A DNA stretch of 64,000 bases, taken from contig OX597819.1 of the NCBI GenBank assembly GCA_951406725.2, forward strand, positions 108,376,001-108,440,000, written 5' to 3'. How positions within the stretch are numbered: the first letter of the stretch is position 1; the number at the start of each line of letters is the position of its first letter. The DNA is from Octopus vulgaris (taxonomy: Eukaryota). Shown piece by piece: positions 37,094-50,609 of this stretch. A model generated the notes under the pieces. It ran no database searches. It saw only the letters and a program-made list of their open reading frames with translations, and was not told where the DNA came from. A program made the translations under genes and the position numbers.

Positions 37094-39853
37094 TTAAATC
37101 TATATTTCTGTCATAGATTTATTGTGCCTGTTTTATATTCAAAGTAGCCATATTCAGCCTCTCATACCTACCCTATAATGTCATACTAAAAGTAGCCAAG
37201 CACATAATCAAAATCTCAATGCAAAACGATAATGCATGAGTTATTCAAAACAACGTGAATAAATAAGCATTACATTAAACAGAATAATAACAATAGTCAT
37301 TATCATCATCATTTGATGTCTGTTTTCCATGCTGGCATGGGTTGGATGGTTTGACAGGAGCTAGCAAGGCCAGGAGCCACACCAGATTCCATAGCCTGTT
37401 TTGGCTTGGTTTCCTAATGCCAACTACTTTACAATCTCAATGTTAACAAGATAAGGAACAAAAATTATGAAATGTAGAGATCAGCTGCCCAGTGGATACT
37501 AATCTCTCATCTAAAATTATAGAAAAAGAAAGCATTTATGGTGAACTAATATTCTTTGTATCCTGTCTATAAGTTCTCATTTGTAGCTATTACTCTAGGT
37601 GCACTGGACTTGTAACAACAGATTTGCATAAAAGACTGGAAATGCTGGATTTCCAAGAAAGAACAAGACAAACTAACATTCTCCAAAACCAATTACTTAG
37701 TGGTGCTGTATATGTATATGTGTTATGCACATACATACATAAAAAGCAATCATACATATTTCTGTACAATAGAAACATGCACCACCAACCGTACAAATAT
37801 ATCCACACATACACCTTCATATAAGTTTATAAATTTACAATATTGATGGATAACAGAATATTTTGAAAAATAATTTTATTTCTCTTCGTAGATGCATCTT
37901 TTGAACTACAAGGGGACAGTTGGAGTTCTAACCATTGATTATATGTCATATACTATATATTACACTATGCAAGTATAATATATTATTCACAAGAAGTCTT
38001 AGTCACTTGTTGTCATGGAGGTGATGACAAGTGACTGAGACTTCTGGTGATTTGTGGTGCTTGAGAAGACATGTCAAGGTAAGTGAAATCATGATCATGG
38101 CCAGTGCTAGATTCTGCCAGCTTGCCCACCATGAAAAAACATCAAGAATAAATATATATATATATATATATAATGGCTGCAACCCAATTTCAAACAATGT
38201 CATCATGCAATCATTCTTTTAAACCTGAGCAACACAACTGTAGCTTTTTAGTCTTGCTAGGAATCTACATTCTTTTGTGCAGATATAACAATGATGGACA
38301 CTGCTTGCAGTGGGTGTCCAAAGAGCTTACCACACCCATTGATACATGCAATCATTCCATCATGGAATTTTTCATAGAGTGTTTTGCCTTTTCTGGCCTT
38401 CGCTAGCCATAGTATGTAACACATAATAGAGATGTTTAAAAAAATTAAGCAAATCTTGAACTTGAAGCTTTTCAAAATGAGGAAAGGCCTTGGACAGGGC
38501 CAATCCCTCTCTCAGAACAATGTATGCATTTGACCAATAAGAAGGATGAATCTACTTCATTGGATGCAAATGCAGTATAAAGTGTTACATCAGAATTTCC
38601 CTTTCCCTAGAGTGATGTCTAAACAAAGACTAGAAGTCTCTCACTCATAGCTGTTGGATTGCTGTTCATCTGCTCTTTGCCAGGTTGTGTTTCTCCTCTT
38701 GCAAGGTGGTACTGTGGGATGACGTCAGCAGCTGGGGACCGGAACTGGAGTTAACCATGAGGCGCGTGCAGTGAGCAGCGATTTCGGTCTTTCGAACGAG
38801 GGTCGTCGACATGTTAAGACGTTGCTAAGGTTGGGTGAAGCAGCTGCTATCTTTAGCATTCGGGTCGGGGCTGTGTCGAAGGATCCGTTACCACTGAAGG
38901 GTCTCCATCAGAGCAAAGAGAAGGTAGGTGCCTTTATATTCGAATCTCGCACACCCTACAGGTACAACCCTTGATCCTCAAAAGAATGAAAAACAAAGTT
39001 GACATAAGCAGGATTTGAACACAGAGAGCAAAGATCTGGAACAAATATCACAAAGTATTTCATCTTATGCTTTAATGACTCTATCAACTTGCCACCTTAT
39101 ATATAAACATACACACACACATACACACGCTCACACATTTCCTCATTTATTTATGAAGGCCAAGGTTTATGTTATGGTTACAAATTAAATCAGTTACATT
39201 GTTACCATATTAACAATAATACAATAAACCAGCATTGACTTTTTTATTGAAACCCTTTTTCATCTCTACAATACAATAATAACACAATCACACACATACC
39301 TACATTTTATCAATACAAACATAATAATATATGTAACATGTGATAAAGATAATGGCTAAAAGATTGTAATCAGTTTAACTATACCTATATTTGTGTGTGC
39401 ATGTGTGTATCTATGTTCATGAGTGTGTTTGTAAATGTGTGTGGGTATTTGTATTAATAACAATGTGTATAATAATAAAGGTGTTGTTTCTGTATAATTG
39501 ACAATGCAGTTCAACATCACATGACAACATCACATGTCCTCCGAAGGCTGTTCCACCACAATGAGTTGTAATAATTGAACTTTGTTTTCCTCAATACTTG
39601 TGTGTGTGTGTGTGCATGTGCATGCATGTGTGCATGTGCATGCATGTGTGCATGCACGAGTGTGTGTGTGCATGTGTATGAGTGTATAGTCAGTCAGACT
39701 TGAGCATTGAAATTTCACCAATGAAATTACCTTTATGTTTCCTTGCTGGCATCTTTCCTTCCTTCCTTCCTTCATTCATTCCCTACCTCTCTCTCTCCTC
39801 TCTCTCTCCCTTGTGTATTCATACATATACCATTGTCATCACAGCCACTCCTA

Positions 39854-40268
39854 GGCGTAGGAGTAGCTATGTGGTAAGTAGGTTGCTTACAAACCACATG
39901 GTTCCGTGTTCAGTCCCACTGCATGGCACCTTGAGCAAGTGTCTTCTAATATAGCCTCAGGCCGACCAAAGCCTTGTGAGTGGATTTGGTAGACGGAAAC
40001 TGAAAAAAGCCCGTCGTATATATGTATATATATATATATATATGTGTATATGTGTGTGTATATGTTTGTGTGTCCGTGTTTGTCCTCCCAACATCGCTTG
40101 ACAACTGATGCTGGTGTGTTTACATCCCCGTAACTTAGCGGTTCAACAAAAGAGACCGATAGAATAAGTACTAGGCTTACAAAGAATAAGTCCTGGGGTC
40201 GAATTGCTCGACTAAAGGTGGTGCTCCAGCATGGCCACAGTCAACTGACTGAAACAAGTAAAAGAGAG
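39854..40268 (+). mobile_element. Near-intact tRNA-derived SINE family C with internal (TA)/(TG) microsatellite
   Basis: GGCGTAGGAGTAGCTATGTGGTAAG..GTTCAGTCCCAC head, many CpGs retained, tail gactgaaacaagtaaaagag. Confidence 0.88.
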
Positions 40269-40980
40269 TTATAAGAGATTTATCAATCTGAGCAAGCATA
40301 CCTCTTTATTATCATAGCCAGATGATTGCTTCATACAGGATTTGGTACATAATGATACTAATTATTCTCAGTCCTCCTATTAAAGTGTCTTAGTATTTGC
40401 TCAATGAACAGGGCTACTTACTTAACCTTGTTTGCGAAAATATTTGTCATATAATGGCAAAATTGGTCAAATGTTGGACAAAATGCCTTGTAGCATTTCT
40501 TTGTCTTATTCTACAGTCTAAGTTCAAAACCTACTGAGGCCAACATTACTTTTTGTTTTAATGGAGCCTTTAATAAATCCCTATTTAGAATTAGAGTTGA
40601 TTAAATTGACTATAACCCTCCCCTCTAAATTTGAAACCATGCGTTTATGAAAGCAATTACTCAACGTAACAAATAAAGCAAATTATTGTTGTAGTTGTTG
40701 TTGTTGTAGCTATTGCTACTGCTGTTGTTATTGCTATTGTTGCTGACATAATCAATCATTAGTACATTGAGCAAAATGCTTAGCGGCTCTTCATCGGTCT
40801 TTACACACTGAATTCAAATTCTATCAAAGTCAACTTGGCATTTCATCCTTTCAGGGTCAATAAAATAAATACCAGTTGAACACTGGGGTCAATGTAATTG
40901 ACTTACCACTCCCCCAAAATTGCTGTCCTTGTGACAAAATTTGAAACTATCAGTGTTGTTATTATTATTATTATTATTAT

Positions 40981-41537
40981 TGAGTGAGAGAGCAGTGCAT
41001 GCCACCAGAGCGACACTGGGGTAAAATATACAAAGCCCAGTATACTCATCATGACTACCCATCTGATAAGGGTACACCAGGCACGTGCATCACAACCATA
41101 TGTGCGCGACATGGTGATCTCATATAAAGATAAACAGCAGATGACCTTGCAGGTGGGGCCCAGTTAGAATTTTCTTCAGGTCGAGTAGCCCATCCCATTC
41201 AAAAGGTCCCTGAATAAGGATTGTTTAAGGATGTTGAGCAAAACATCCATGTTTCCAGGTGTGAATTATTGAAACCTCAAAGAATTCCTCTCAACACATG
41301 GCTATGATGCTCCCCCACTACTTCTGCTCATAATCAGAGATGCACATATCATCAGCCACTAAGGGACTTGCTCAACTGGTTAAGGTCAAACAACTAACAA
41401 GCAAATCTGTGGTATTGAACAGAATATTTGCTGTAGCCCATCTTTTTATACCAAGACAAAACAATGTACATAATAACACTTCCAATCAATTAAAATCAGA
41501 AGCCATGAGAGCCACTGTCTGGTACTGCATTCGGGCA
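40981..41537. mobile_element. Unclassified 557-bp TG...CA element inside an (ATT)n array, copy 2
   Basis: Colinear with 1679-2233, same ends, also directly after a family B SINE tail. Confidence 0.8.
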
Positions 41538-41559
41538 TTTATTATTATTATTATTATTA

Positions 41560-42230
41560 AGGCAGTGAGCTGGCAGAATTGTTAGCATGCCAGGCAAAAT
41601 GCTAAGAGGTATTTCATATGTTGCTCCATTTTGAATTCAAATTCAACCAAGGTTGACTTTGCCTTCCATCCTTTCAGGATTGATTAAATAAGTACCAGTT
41701 ACGCACTGGGTTCAATGTAACCAACTTAAACCCTATCCCCAAATTTCAGGCCTTATACATACAGTATAAAGGATTATTATTATGATGATTAATATTACTG
41801 AGGGTATTGGCAAAAATCATTAGAGTGCCAAATAAAATCCTTTGGTTATTTCATCTGACTCCTTAAATTCTGAGTTCAGTTCCTGTTGAGGTCAATTCAT
41901 TTCTACTCTACGCACAAGGCTTGAAATTTGGTGGTGGGGGCGCAGTTGATTAGATTGACTCCAGTATGCAACTGATACTTAATTTATCAACCCCGAAAGG
42001 ATGAAAGGCAAAATTGACCTTGGTGGAGTTTGAACTCAGAATGTAAAGACAGACGAAATACCGCTAAGCATTTCATCCGGCATGCTAAGGTTTCTGCCAG
42101 CTCGCCACCTTCCTGCTGAGATCAATTGTGCTTTTCATCCCTCTTGGGTTGATAAAATAAAATACTAATCAAGTACTGTGATTGATGCAATTGACTAAAT
42201 TTGAGGCCATATGTCTATAGTAGAATTAAC
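41560..42230. mobile_element. Cluster of family B SINEs including an antisense nested copy (41898-42110)
   Basis: TSD tcctgttgaggtcaatt 41881-97 / tcctgctgagatcaatt 42111-27. Confidence 0.8.
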
Positions 42231-42372
42231 TACTACTACTACTACTACTACTGCTACTGTTACTACTTTAATTTTTTTAGTTGTTGCTATTTATTTTCTT
42301 TCTTCTCCCATTATGGCCTTCTAACATCTTTTTGTTCATTTATCTTCTCCCTATCCCCCTCTATAATCCTTA

Positions 42373-42410
<38 letters not shown>

Positions 42411-42729
42411 TCACTTTATTTCTTCCCCCGCTCCTTCCTTGTTTTCTCCATACGCAGGATGAGATCACTGGAATGTAGAGTGGGGTTACCTCAGCTTGTT
42501 CTCATATAACACCTTTCAACATATCTTAAATTCTAAAGAAGATTTTTTTTTATGTAATCTTTGACCTTTTAGTTAATTCTTGACCTCCCTCTTATTCGGC
42601 TTCCGTGTCTTCTCTCTCTCTCTCTCTCTCTCTTTCGGGAAAAGCCCCCAACAAACTAAATTAATTATAACCCTTACATCAACAATCAGTTAATACCAGT
42701 GTTGCTAAAAATATAACTTAAATGAGTCA

Positions 42730-43570
42730 ACAAGGGATCCTCTATATAGTCAGTTTACCTCCAACAAACAGTAACCGAAACTCTTTCAAATCACACCTTA
42801 CCATCTTAAGTCAGCGCGCATTGGATAATGTAGTCCATGATATACTATGTCTGAATGTAAAATGAAATGACCTTCCTAGAACATCTTTGATCATAGATCT
42901 GCTGGACCAGTACTGGCCTGTGGTTAAACAGCAACAAGAACAAAGAAGATGTTAGAAAATGTAGTTTGAGATGCACTATATCTAAATAAAAAAAATAAAA
43001 TGAACATGACTGGAGCATTTTAGATCATAAGTCCACTGGAATAAGGCTGGCTAGGGTTAAACAACAACAACAGTAAAACTTAAGCTCAGTTCCACCCTAA
43101 GACTATTGTATTTGCACAGTGGTTCACAAATTATTTGATTGACTACATACAAACTACACAATCATAGTTTCAAATCTCACTAACAACAAGTTAAAAATTT
43201 ATGCATATCAAACATTCCTTTAGTTACTCTCATTGAGGGAGCTTTTACACAGTCACTCATCATACCAAAAATAGCAGGCAAATTTGCCTTTTATCATATC
43301 CTACTCTTAAAAAAATGAAAAAGATATTGGTTAACATAGACATACATTATACTTGAAAAACAAAATGGTCACAGACGGAATGCCTTTGAACCTAGTCCTA
43401 ATTGATCAGAGTCAACTTGAGAATGATCAAAAACAAAGCAATCAAGCTCAACCAATGAGTTAATCACAACACAATTGCACAATCTCCTTGAAATAGCAGC
43501 CAAATCTACCTCAGGTCACATCTCACTGACATGAAAAAAAAGAAAGGACTCATTGGATAAATGAAGACCT
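42730..43570 (+). repeat. Tandem cluster of family D repeats
   Basis: Three to four successive units with tcaaatcacacc..cattggataatgtagtc..tttgatcatag..taaacaacaac. Confidence 0.7.
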
Positions 43571-44554
43571 ATGCCAATTTACCTATAGGCTTCACATGCT
43601 GAAGCCTTGGATCTCAAAATCTAGGAGGCCTCTGGCCAGGGTGCATATAGTCATGAAAGTGGAGGATTGGGAAGGGTCTCATATGGAATAAATGAGAACC
43701 TCTCTTCTTCTAAATCTGGGTACTGACATAGATATACGTTTGTGCACGCAATAGAGTGGATGAGGAATGAATGGAGACAATGTTGAGTCAAGAGGAATTT
43801 TCAATCTGACATGTCAACCTCTCTGAAGCTGGTGACATGATAAAAGCAACCAGTTAATTTGTTGGCAGGAAGGACATCCAATTAAGCGGGATTTAGTCCC
43901 CTAACTCATTTAGTGAGGCAGTATCCCCAAATAAAAACTGACTCAAAACATGATGCCTTGTCCAAACTTCTTAAGCACAGAAAGTGAATGTAAAACTATT
44001 ATTATTACTGATGGTCATGATGATGATCATGACGATGACAATGACAACAACAATGATGATGTGGAGGAGGAGGGGGAGTTGGAGGAGGAGAAGGAGGACA
44101 ATGATGATAATGACAATGATAATGATGGCATTCGATATTATTGTCCTGGCTACAATGTGCTCAAAAAACTGTAGGATGGCTTCATACTGTATTTCTGTTT
44201 ACTCCTTTTTTGCATATCAAGAAGGGCCATGTCTTCTCTCCAACTTTCTAAAACGTTCGTTCCTCTTTGCTAAGTTTAATTTGAAACCTCTCAATTCTAG
44301 ATTTTGCTCCCATGTCTAAAAATTCTTCTCTTAAGCTATTAAAGATTCAACTATAAGAACTAAGTGATCAGTATTTCCTCTGTAATCATCCCATCTTTTT
44401 GTGTGTGGCTTCAGATATTGTATAGCTTGGACAACAATAGCCACTATGTCCTTTTTTAAAGTTGGTTACATATTGTATGAAGAAGATTTGCTTGTTATTT
44501 CTAGAAGGTCAAGTGACCAGTGTAGAGATTTTTGTTGGCTCAACTTATTTATAG

Positions 44555-45170
44555 TGTAATGGTAGAGGTGGTAGTGGTTACAATGGTTGTGGTGTTTGAT
44601 CGGGAGATGGCAGTTCTGTTCCTGACAGTATAGGTGGAGTATACTGTAGTGGTAATGATGGTGTTTGTGGTCTTGGTGGTTGGTAGTAATGGTGTGGTTG
44701 TAGCAGTAGTGGTGGTGATGGGGAAGATAACAATGAGGAGGGGGAGGAGCCAGAGGAGATGGACTTATGCCCAGTGTTAACATCATTGGAGAAAAGCCAC
44801 ACAGAGCTCTGGACACATTTAGTGCCAGACAGAGTTTAGAACATGCAATGATGATGATGATGATGAGGAGGAGGAGGAGGAAATCATGGAGAGTAAGGAT
44901 AGTGAGTGGTGGTGGTGGTGGTTCATGATACTTATGCTGATGTTGATGATGGTAAGTAGGAAACAGAAGGGAGGAGGAGAAGCAGGAGTAGGAAGAAGAG
45001 GGGAAGGGATGTGGAGGGAAGGAGGAGGAGGAAATAGTGGAGGATGAAAATGGTAGCAATGGTTAGGGTTGTTGATGAAGAGTTGGAGGAGAAGGAAAGT
45101 AGTATCATAGTGGGGATGATGGTGATGATGATCATCATCATGGCGGTGGTGGTGGTGGTGGTGGTGATGA
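44555..45170. repeat. Cryptic trinucleotide (GGT/GAT/GAG) low-complexity block
   Basis: Directly visible; gives the S/P/H-rich minus ORFs. Confidence 0.85.
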
Positions 45171-45377
45171 TCTGTGCCAAATGTTGCCCAGCCAATGCAT
45201 CTATAACAGATGCAGTTTTTGAATATTGCCAAATTGTGTAATTGATTTGAATGCAGTAATGAGTGCATTATTCCTTCAACTGCAGTATATGCACTGATCT
45301 ACTTAAGCATCTACATGCATATGCACACACTCACAAATTCAGTTCTATAGACGCACACAACAAACATGTGTACACAT

Positions 45378-45410
<33 letters not shown>

Positions 45411-45656
45411 CCGCTTATTTCATCTAACTCATGCAAGCATAGAAAAGTAGATGTTAAAATGATGATGATGATGATGATATATCTTGCACAGATACAGAAG
45501 TTGATAAATAGATAATAATTAAATAATCAGATAAATATTTAGGATTGTATATCTAATTATATGGATTTTCTGAATGTTTGTTTCTATACATACATATACA
45601 CATATATACATACATATGTATGTATGTATGTATGTATATGTGTATGTATGTATGTA

Positions 45657-46224
45657 TTGGGTTGCCCGTAAAGTTCGTGCTGATTTTTAAAGAAATTAAA
45701 AAAGTCAATAAATACTTGCCATTACATTTTTAATCAACCAAACATGAACCAATTTTTTGCACAATGCGTCTCCATCTTTCCTTTAACTTGAAAATACCCT
45801 CTTCCCAGAATTGAGGTGGTTTCATGGCAAAGAATTCATCAAAGTATCTTTTTAAGTCATCCAAGGAATTGAAATTTTTACCATTAAGACTATTCTGCAG
45901 AGACCAGAATAAGTGGAAATCCAAAAGGAGCTATATCTGGTGAATATGGAGGGTGGGGTAACACATCCCAGCTGAGCTGCAGCAATTTTTGTCTGGTTCC
46001 CAAAGCATCAAGTACCAAAAATGAACTTTCTTATCTTCCATTTTAAAGGGTTACAGAATTAACACAGATTATAGGAACATAAACCTTCTTCCATGAAAAG
46101 ATAGCTTAAACTGTGCCTCTAAATATAAATGTAGTCAAATCCTATTTTATGGACTCAACCATGTTCTAAAATAAGTCGAAAGGTAAGCTACTATAAATTG
46201 GCACGGACTTTCCAGACAACCCAA
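45657..46224 (-). mobile_element. Internally deleted mariner (568 bp)
   Basis: TA|TTGGGTTGCCCGTAAAGTTCGTGC ... GCACGGACTTTCCAGACAACCCAA|TA; HPPYSPDIAP and DFHLFWSLQNSLNGKNF..FWEEGIFKLKERW. Confidence 0.9.
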
Positions 46225-46660
46225 TATATATGCATGTATGCAAGTATGTATGCAAGCATGCATGTATGTATGTATACCAACATGCAGTATGCATTAACAA
46301 AATCCATACCTATAATTACATATTCTTATCTTATCTATTTATCTGTTTATCTGCATCTATACGTGCAGTGAATTATAATGTATCATCATTATTGTCATTG
46401 TTTTAACATCCAATTTTTCATGCCTGCATGGATCAGATAATATCCATTAACATAGAAATTTATGGCTTGATGGTAAACCTCACTTGTTTCCAAGCAAGGT
46501 AATGTTTCTCCAAGGCCATCCATGTGTTCACAGTAGACTGGAAATAAATGACACTGTTTATATGGTGCCGATGGCTGCCTACAACAATCACAGGATGTCA
46601 AGACAAGGAGTTATACATGCACACACGCACATATACACATACATACATACATAGCTATGT

Positions 46661-46820
46661 GGAGGTGCAATGGCCCAGTGGTTAGCGCAGTGGACTTCCA
46701 GTCATGGAATTGTGGTTTTGATACCCAGACTGGGCATTGTAAGTGTTTATTGAGTAAAATCACCTAAAGCTCCACAAGGCTCTGGCAGGGGGTGGGGGTA
46801 AACGCTCCTGTACTCTTTAG
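46661..46820 (+). mobile_element. SINE family A, 3'-truncated
   Basis: GGAGGTGCAATGGCCCAGTGGTTAG head. Confidence 0.75.
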
Positions 46821-47329
46821 AATTCACCATCTTAAATTCATGATTACCTGAGAGTGTCTGCATTTGTGTGTGTGTGTGTTGCATCCTATGACTGTCTGTC
46901 TTTCTATCTGTCTTTATCTCTATCTCTGTCTTTCCCTCTCTCTGTATATATGTTTACCACTCTCTCTTTCACTCTTTTTCTATATATGTGTATCTCTCAC
47001 GTTGAGAGAGAGAGAGAGAGTGTGTGTGTGTGCCATTGTATATGTATGCCTGTCTGTATGAAATTTCATTAGGGTAGCAGAGTTGAAAGACCCTCTCAAG
47101 CATCAGCTGCAAACTCAGGAGACCTGAATAGTGAAGGAATAGACTTGATGATATGCAACACAAGCCTCAATTGCACAGACTCAGGGGAGCAAAGGATGTA
47201 CAATGTGGGCGGCGTTGGCGCTATATTATCCAACATTGTGCAAATGATGTAGCGATCACAGTGACTTGGAGAGAATAGAGTTTCAATGTTTAAAGGCAGT
47301 CTAAAAACGAAGAGCAATCCTGCTATTAA

Positions 47330-47625
47330 TTATTACCATGCGTGTGCAAGTGAAGGCAGGGTATTGTAATCACTCATCTTAGTCTGTTTGTCTGTGTGTT
47401 TTCAAAATTACAGGGAAATGGCTGAACAGATTTTCATCAAATTTGACAGAAATACTTATTGGGTGAGTGGCTCAAAATGATGAAACTTTGGTTTGATTAT
47501 CTTTAAAATTGGTGGGTAGGTAAATCAAAATGTTTTGACTGTGCAAATTGCTTGTGAAAGAATTTATGTGCACGCAAGGTATGCATTGTTTTGGCATATT
47601 CTCAGCACAAGAATCTATTACTAGC
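47330..47625 (+). mobile_element. Helentron-associated (HINE-like) non-autonomous element
   Basis: ttattacc.tgc..gcagggtattgtaatcac, gtctgtttgtctgtgtg microsatellite, aaatggctgaacagattttcatcaaatttg core. Confidence 0.55.
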
Positions 47626-47979
47626 ACATAAAACTCGCATTATGTCTATTAAATACTATTTATCTCTCACCAGATGGAGTACACAATATATATATATCAT
47701 TTGATTCGACCCTTGTCTCCATGTGTATAGATCATGGTGTACCTATACACATAGACAAGTGTGGGTACATCATTGAAAAACGTTGAAAATATTTCTCAAA
47801 TTCTATGCAATATTTTCTGTAAGTATTTCATTTTCTTCACTTTCTTTTTCATAATCAGAATTTTTATTTAAATAATCATCTATTCGGTCATATGCAAATT
47901 TTACTCATATGCATTTGGCATAGATGTCGATCAAATCTACTTTTAGCAGTCATCTGTTTAGGCTTCTAATCCTCTTTTA

Positions 47980-49480
47980 GTCAAACACTTACAAAGCTTA
48001 ATTCAGTTCAATTAAAAAAGAATGGGTAAGCAACAGATTGTAAGCCACACTATAATTTGTAAATAATTTATCTGTGTACAGGGTGTGCATTGCCCCTCAG
48101 ATGCCTTTCTTTTCCATTTTTTTTTTAGTAATTGCTCTCTGTGCTGCCTCAATTCACATAATATTTTGTTTGGTATGTGGAAACCACAGAACTAAAAGTA
48201 TTCTAGATGTGACCATACAAAAGAGGCGAAAAGGGGGATTATAACATCTGGCTCTCTGGGCCAGAAAGTTCTGAGAATCCAGGAACTCATTTTTGCAAGT
48301 ATATCAACTTCATTTTTTATGTAAGTACTCTAGCAGAGGTTACTGTTAACAATTGCTCTGATGTTGTTGGATGCCATGCATATTTCTCCTGAAGAAAGAG
48401 AATATGAATATTCAAGCACACTCGCTTTTTCAAAATGCATAAGTTCTCTAATTTTCCCACATTTAGCAGCAAGTTGTTCCTCTCTACCCATTGACTTGCA
48501 GCTTGTAGATGAGACTGGAGTTTTATTTGGACTTCTCTGTTAATAAGTTTTTGAAGCTTGGGGTCATCTGTGAATATTTTTATTTTGCTGAGCTAGATGA
48601 CATTTGAAATGTCATTTACATACACAATAAAGAGAAGTGAGCCTAACATAGTCCCTTGAGGAACCCAACTGGTGACTTTTGCTGGGCTTCAGTGGATTCT
48701 GTTGATCACAATATGTTGGGTCATGTTCAACAGCATATATTTGATCCATTGCATGGATTCCAATATTAAACAGTTTTAACAATAGAATATTGTGGTCAAA
48801 GTCAACATATATTATGTCCAGTGTTCAAACACTTTCCTAAAACTTTAAGGGTGTCATCAAAATGATGTAGAAAGTGTATTAGGCAATTTCTGCCTCAACA
48901 AAAACCGTACTGGTTGGAATTTAGGAGTTGGTTACTTTCCACGAAGCCAGTTATTCTTGAGTTCACTACTCTTTCACATACTTTGGTAATATGAAAGGTG
49001 AATGAGATCGGGCAATTGTTTACTGCTGGTGGCCTATTTCCTTATTTTGAAGATTGGTATAACAGATTGGAATGAGGAATGTTTGACTATATAGATTGAG
49101 TCAAAAGATTTTCTCAAGAGGTTAATTTGAGGAAATGCAAGTTCACATTTGCACTTCTTCAGAACACTTGCAGGGAATTTATCATGGCCTACTACACAAT
49201 AATGTTTGGTATTGTTTAGCTAAAAGGACAATGATATCTGAAGCAGTGAAAGTTATGTTGTCAGGAGTGGTGAGATTGACATCATTGAAATAGCCAAAGT
49301 CAAGCTCTGTGGCATCACTGAAGACAGAGCAATATTATTTCTGCAGAACATCTGCCATTTCTTTAGTATCATGGTGGAGAATGTTATTCTAGCATATCAG
49401 TGGACCAATGGGAAAAAGTTGTGTTTGATTTTTCTTTTAATAACCCAGTATTCCTCTGCAGTCTTTTGGTTGTTGATGTA
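47980..49480 (-). mobile_element. CR1-clade LINE RT relic
   Basis: VPQGTMLGSLLFIVYVNDISNVI..IKIFTDDPKL and SSWILRTF motifs; heavily disrupted. Confidence 0.75.
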
Positions 49481-49689
49481 TGCTTTTATGCTGTTCCACA
49501 GATGATAGTTTTTCAGCTAAAGTGCTCTTATTGCTGTTGGCTGTGGATGCTGCTGATGGTAGTATTTTAATTGATTGATATTTAAGTATTTTGAGTTTCT
49601 TGATAAGTGTGTTTCTTTTGTCTCTTGGGAGCCTACTTCTGTTTGGCTAATGAGTTTTTTTGGAGTGTATTTTAGACATGTATTGGTGT

Positions 49690-50408
49690 CAATAGCCAAC
49701 ACTATAGGTCTCAAAATCAACAAGAAGAAAACGTACACTCTTTGTAAAAATATAACAGATGCTGACCATGTGACTTTGAATGACAAACCAATTGCAAATG
49801 TTGACAAATTTAACTACTAGGAACCAAAATAACAATGGAAGGAGACTGCATTCATGAAATAAATACAAGAATCAGCAAAGCCACCCAATCATTCAGTATA
49901 CTGAACTCAATATGGAAATCATCAGTATTTAGCAAGAGTACTAAAATACGATTTTACAAAAGCAACATGCTTCGCATCCTCCTCTATGGATCCAAATGTT
50001 GGAAAACAGCCAGAAGTATTGAAAAGAAATTGGAGGTGCTTCAAAATAAATGTTTGCAAAAAATTTTGATGGTCTATTGGCCAAATATGATCTCGAATAG
50101 CCAACTACACACCAAGGCTAATGTGAAACCAATAAGAGAAACTATTGAAGCAAGGAGATGGAAATGACTAGGTCGAGTTTGTTGCTATAAACTGAACTCA
50201 ATTGCTAGGATTACTTTGCAATGGGTTCCATAAGGTAAAAGAAGACATGGCCGACCAAAGGAAACATGACATAGAACAATAACAAAAGATCTTAAAAGCA
50301 GAAGGTTAACAATCAATGGAACAAGCTGCCAAGGACACTTTCAGTGTTAGAAGGTGGAATGATCTTGCTGTACCACAATGCACAATGAGAACCAAATGAA
50401 TGAATGAT
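49690..50408 (+). mobile_element. RTE-clade LINE 3' fragment with (AATG)n tail
   Basis: IGLKINKKKT..VDKFNYLG..EINTRISKA..LLYGSKCW..GKRRHGRPKET. Confidence 0.85.
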
Positions 50409-50609
50409 TGGTATCAATATCCTCAAACATCTGCCAAGTTGCTTCACTGTAAGAGGAAGTATGGGTAGGTGGGTAGGTTGATGTGTGGTTAGATAAGTAG
50501 GTAGGTAGGTAGGTAGGTAGGTAGGTAGGCAGGCAGGTAGATAGGTAGGTAGGTAGGTAGGTATCGATATGCACCCGTACACATAGCTCTACCAAGATGG
50601 ATTGTTCAA

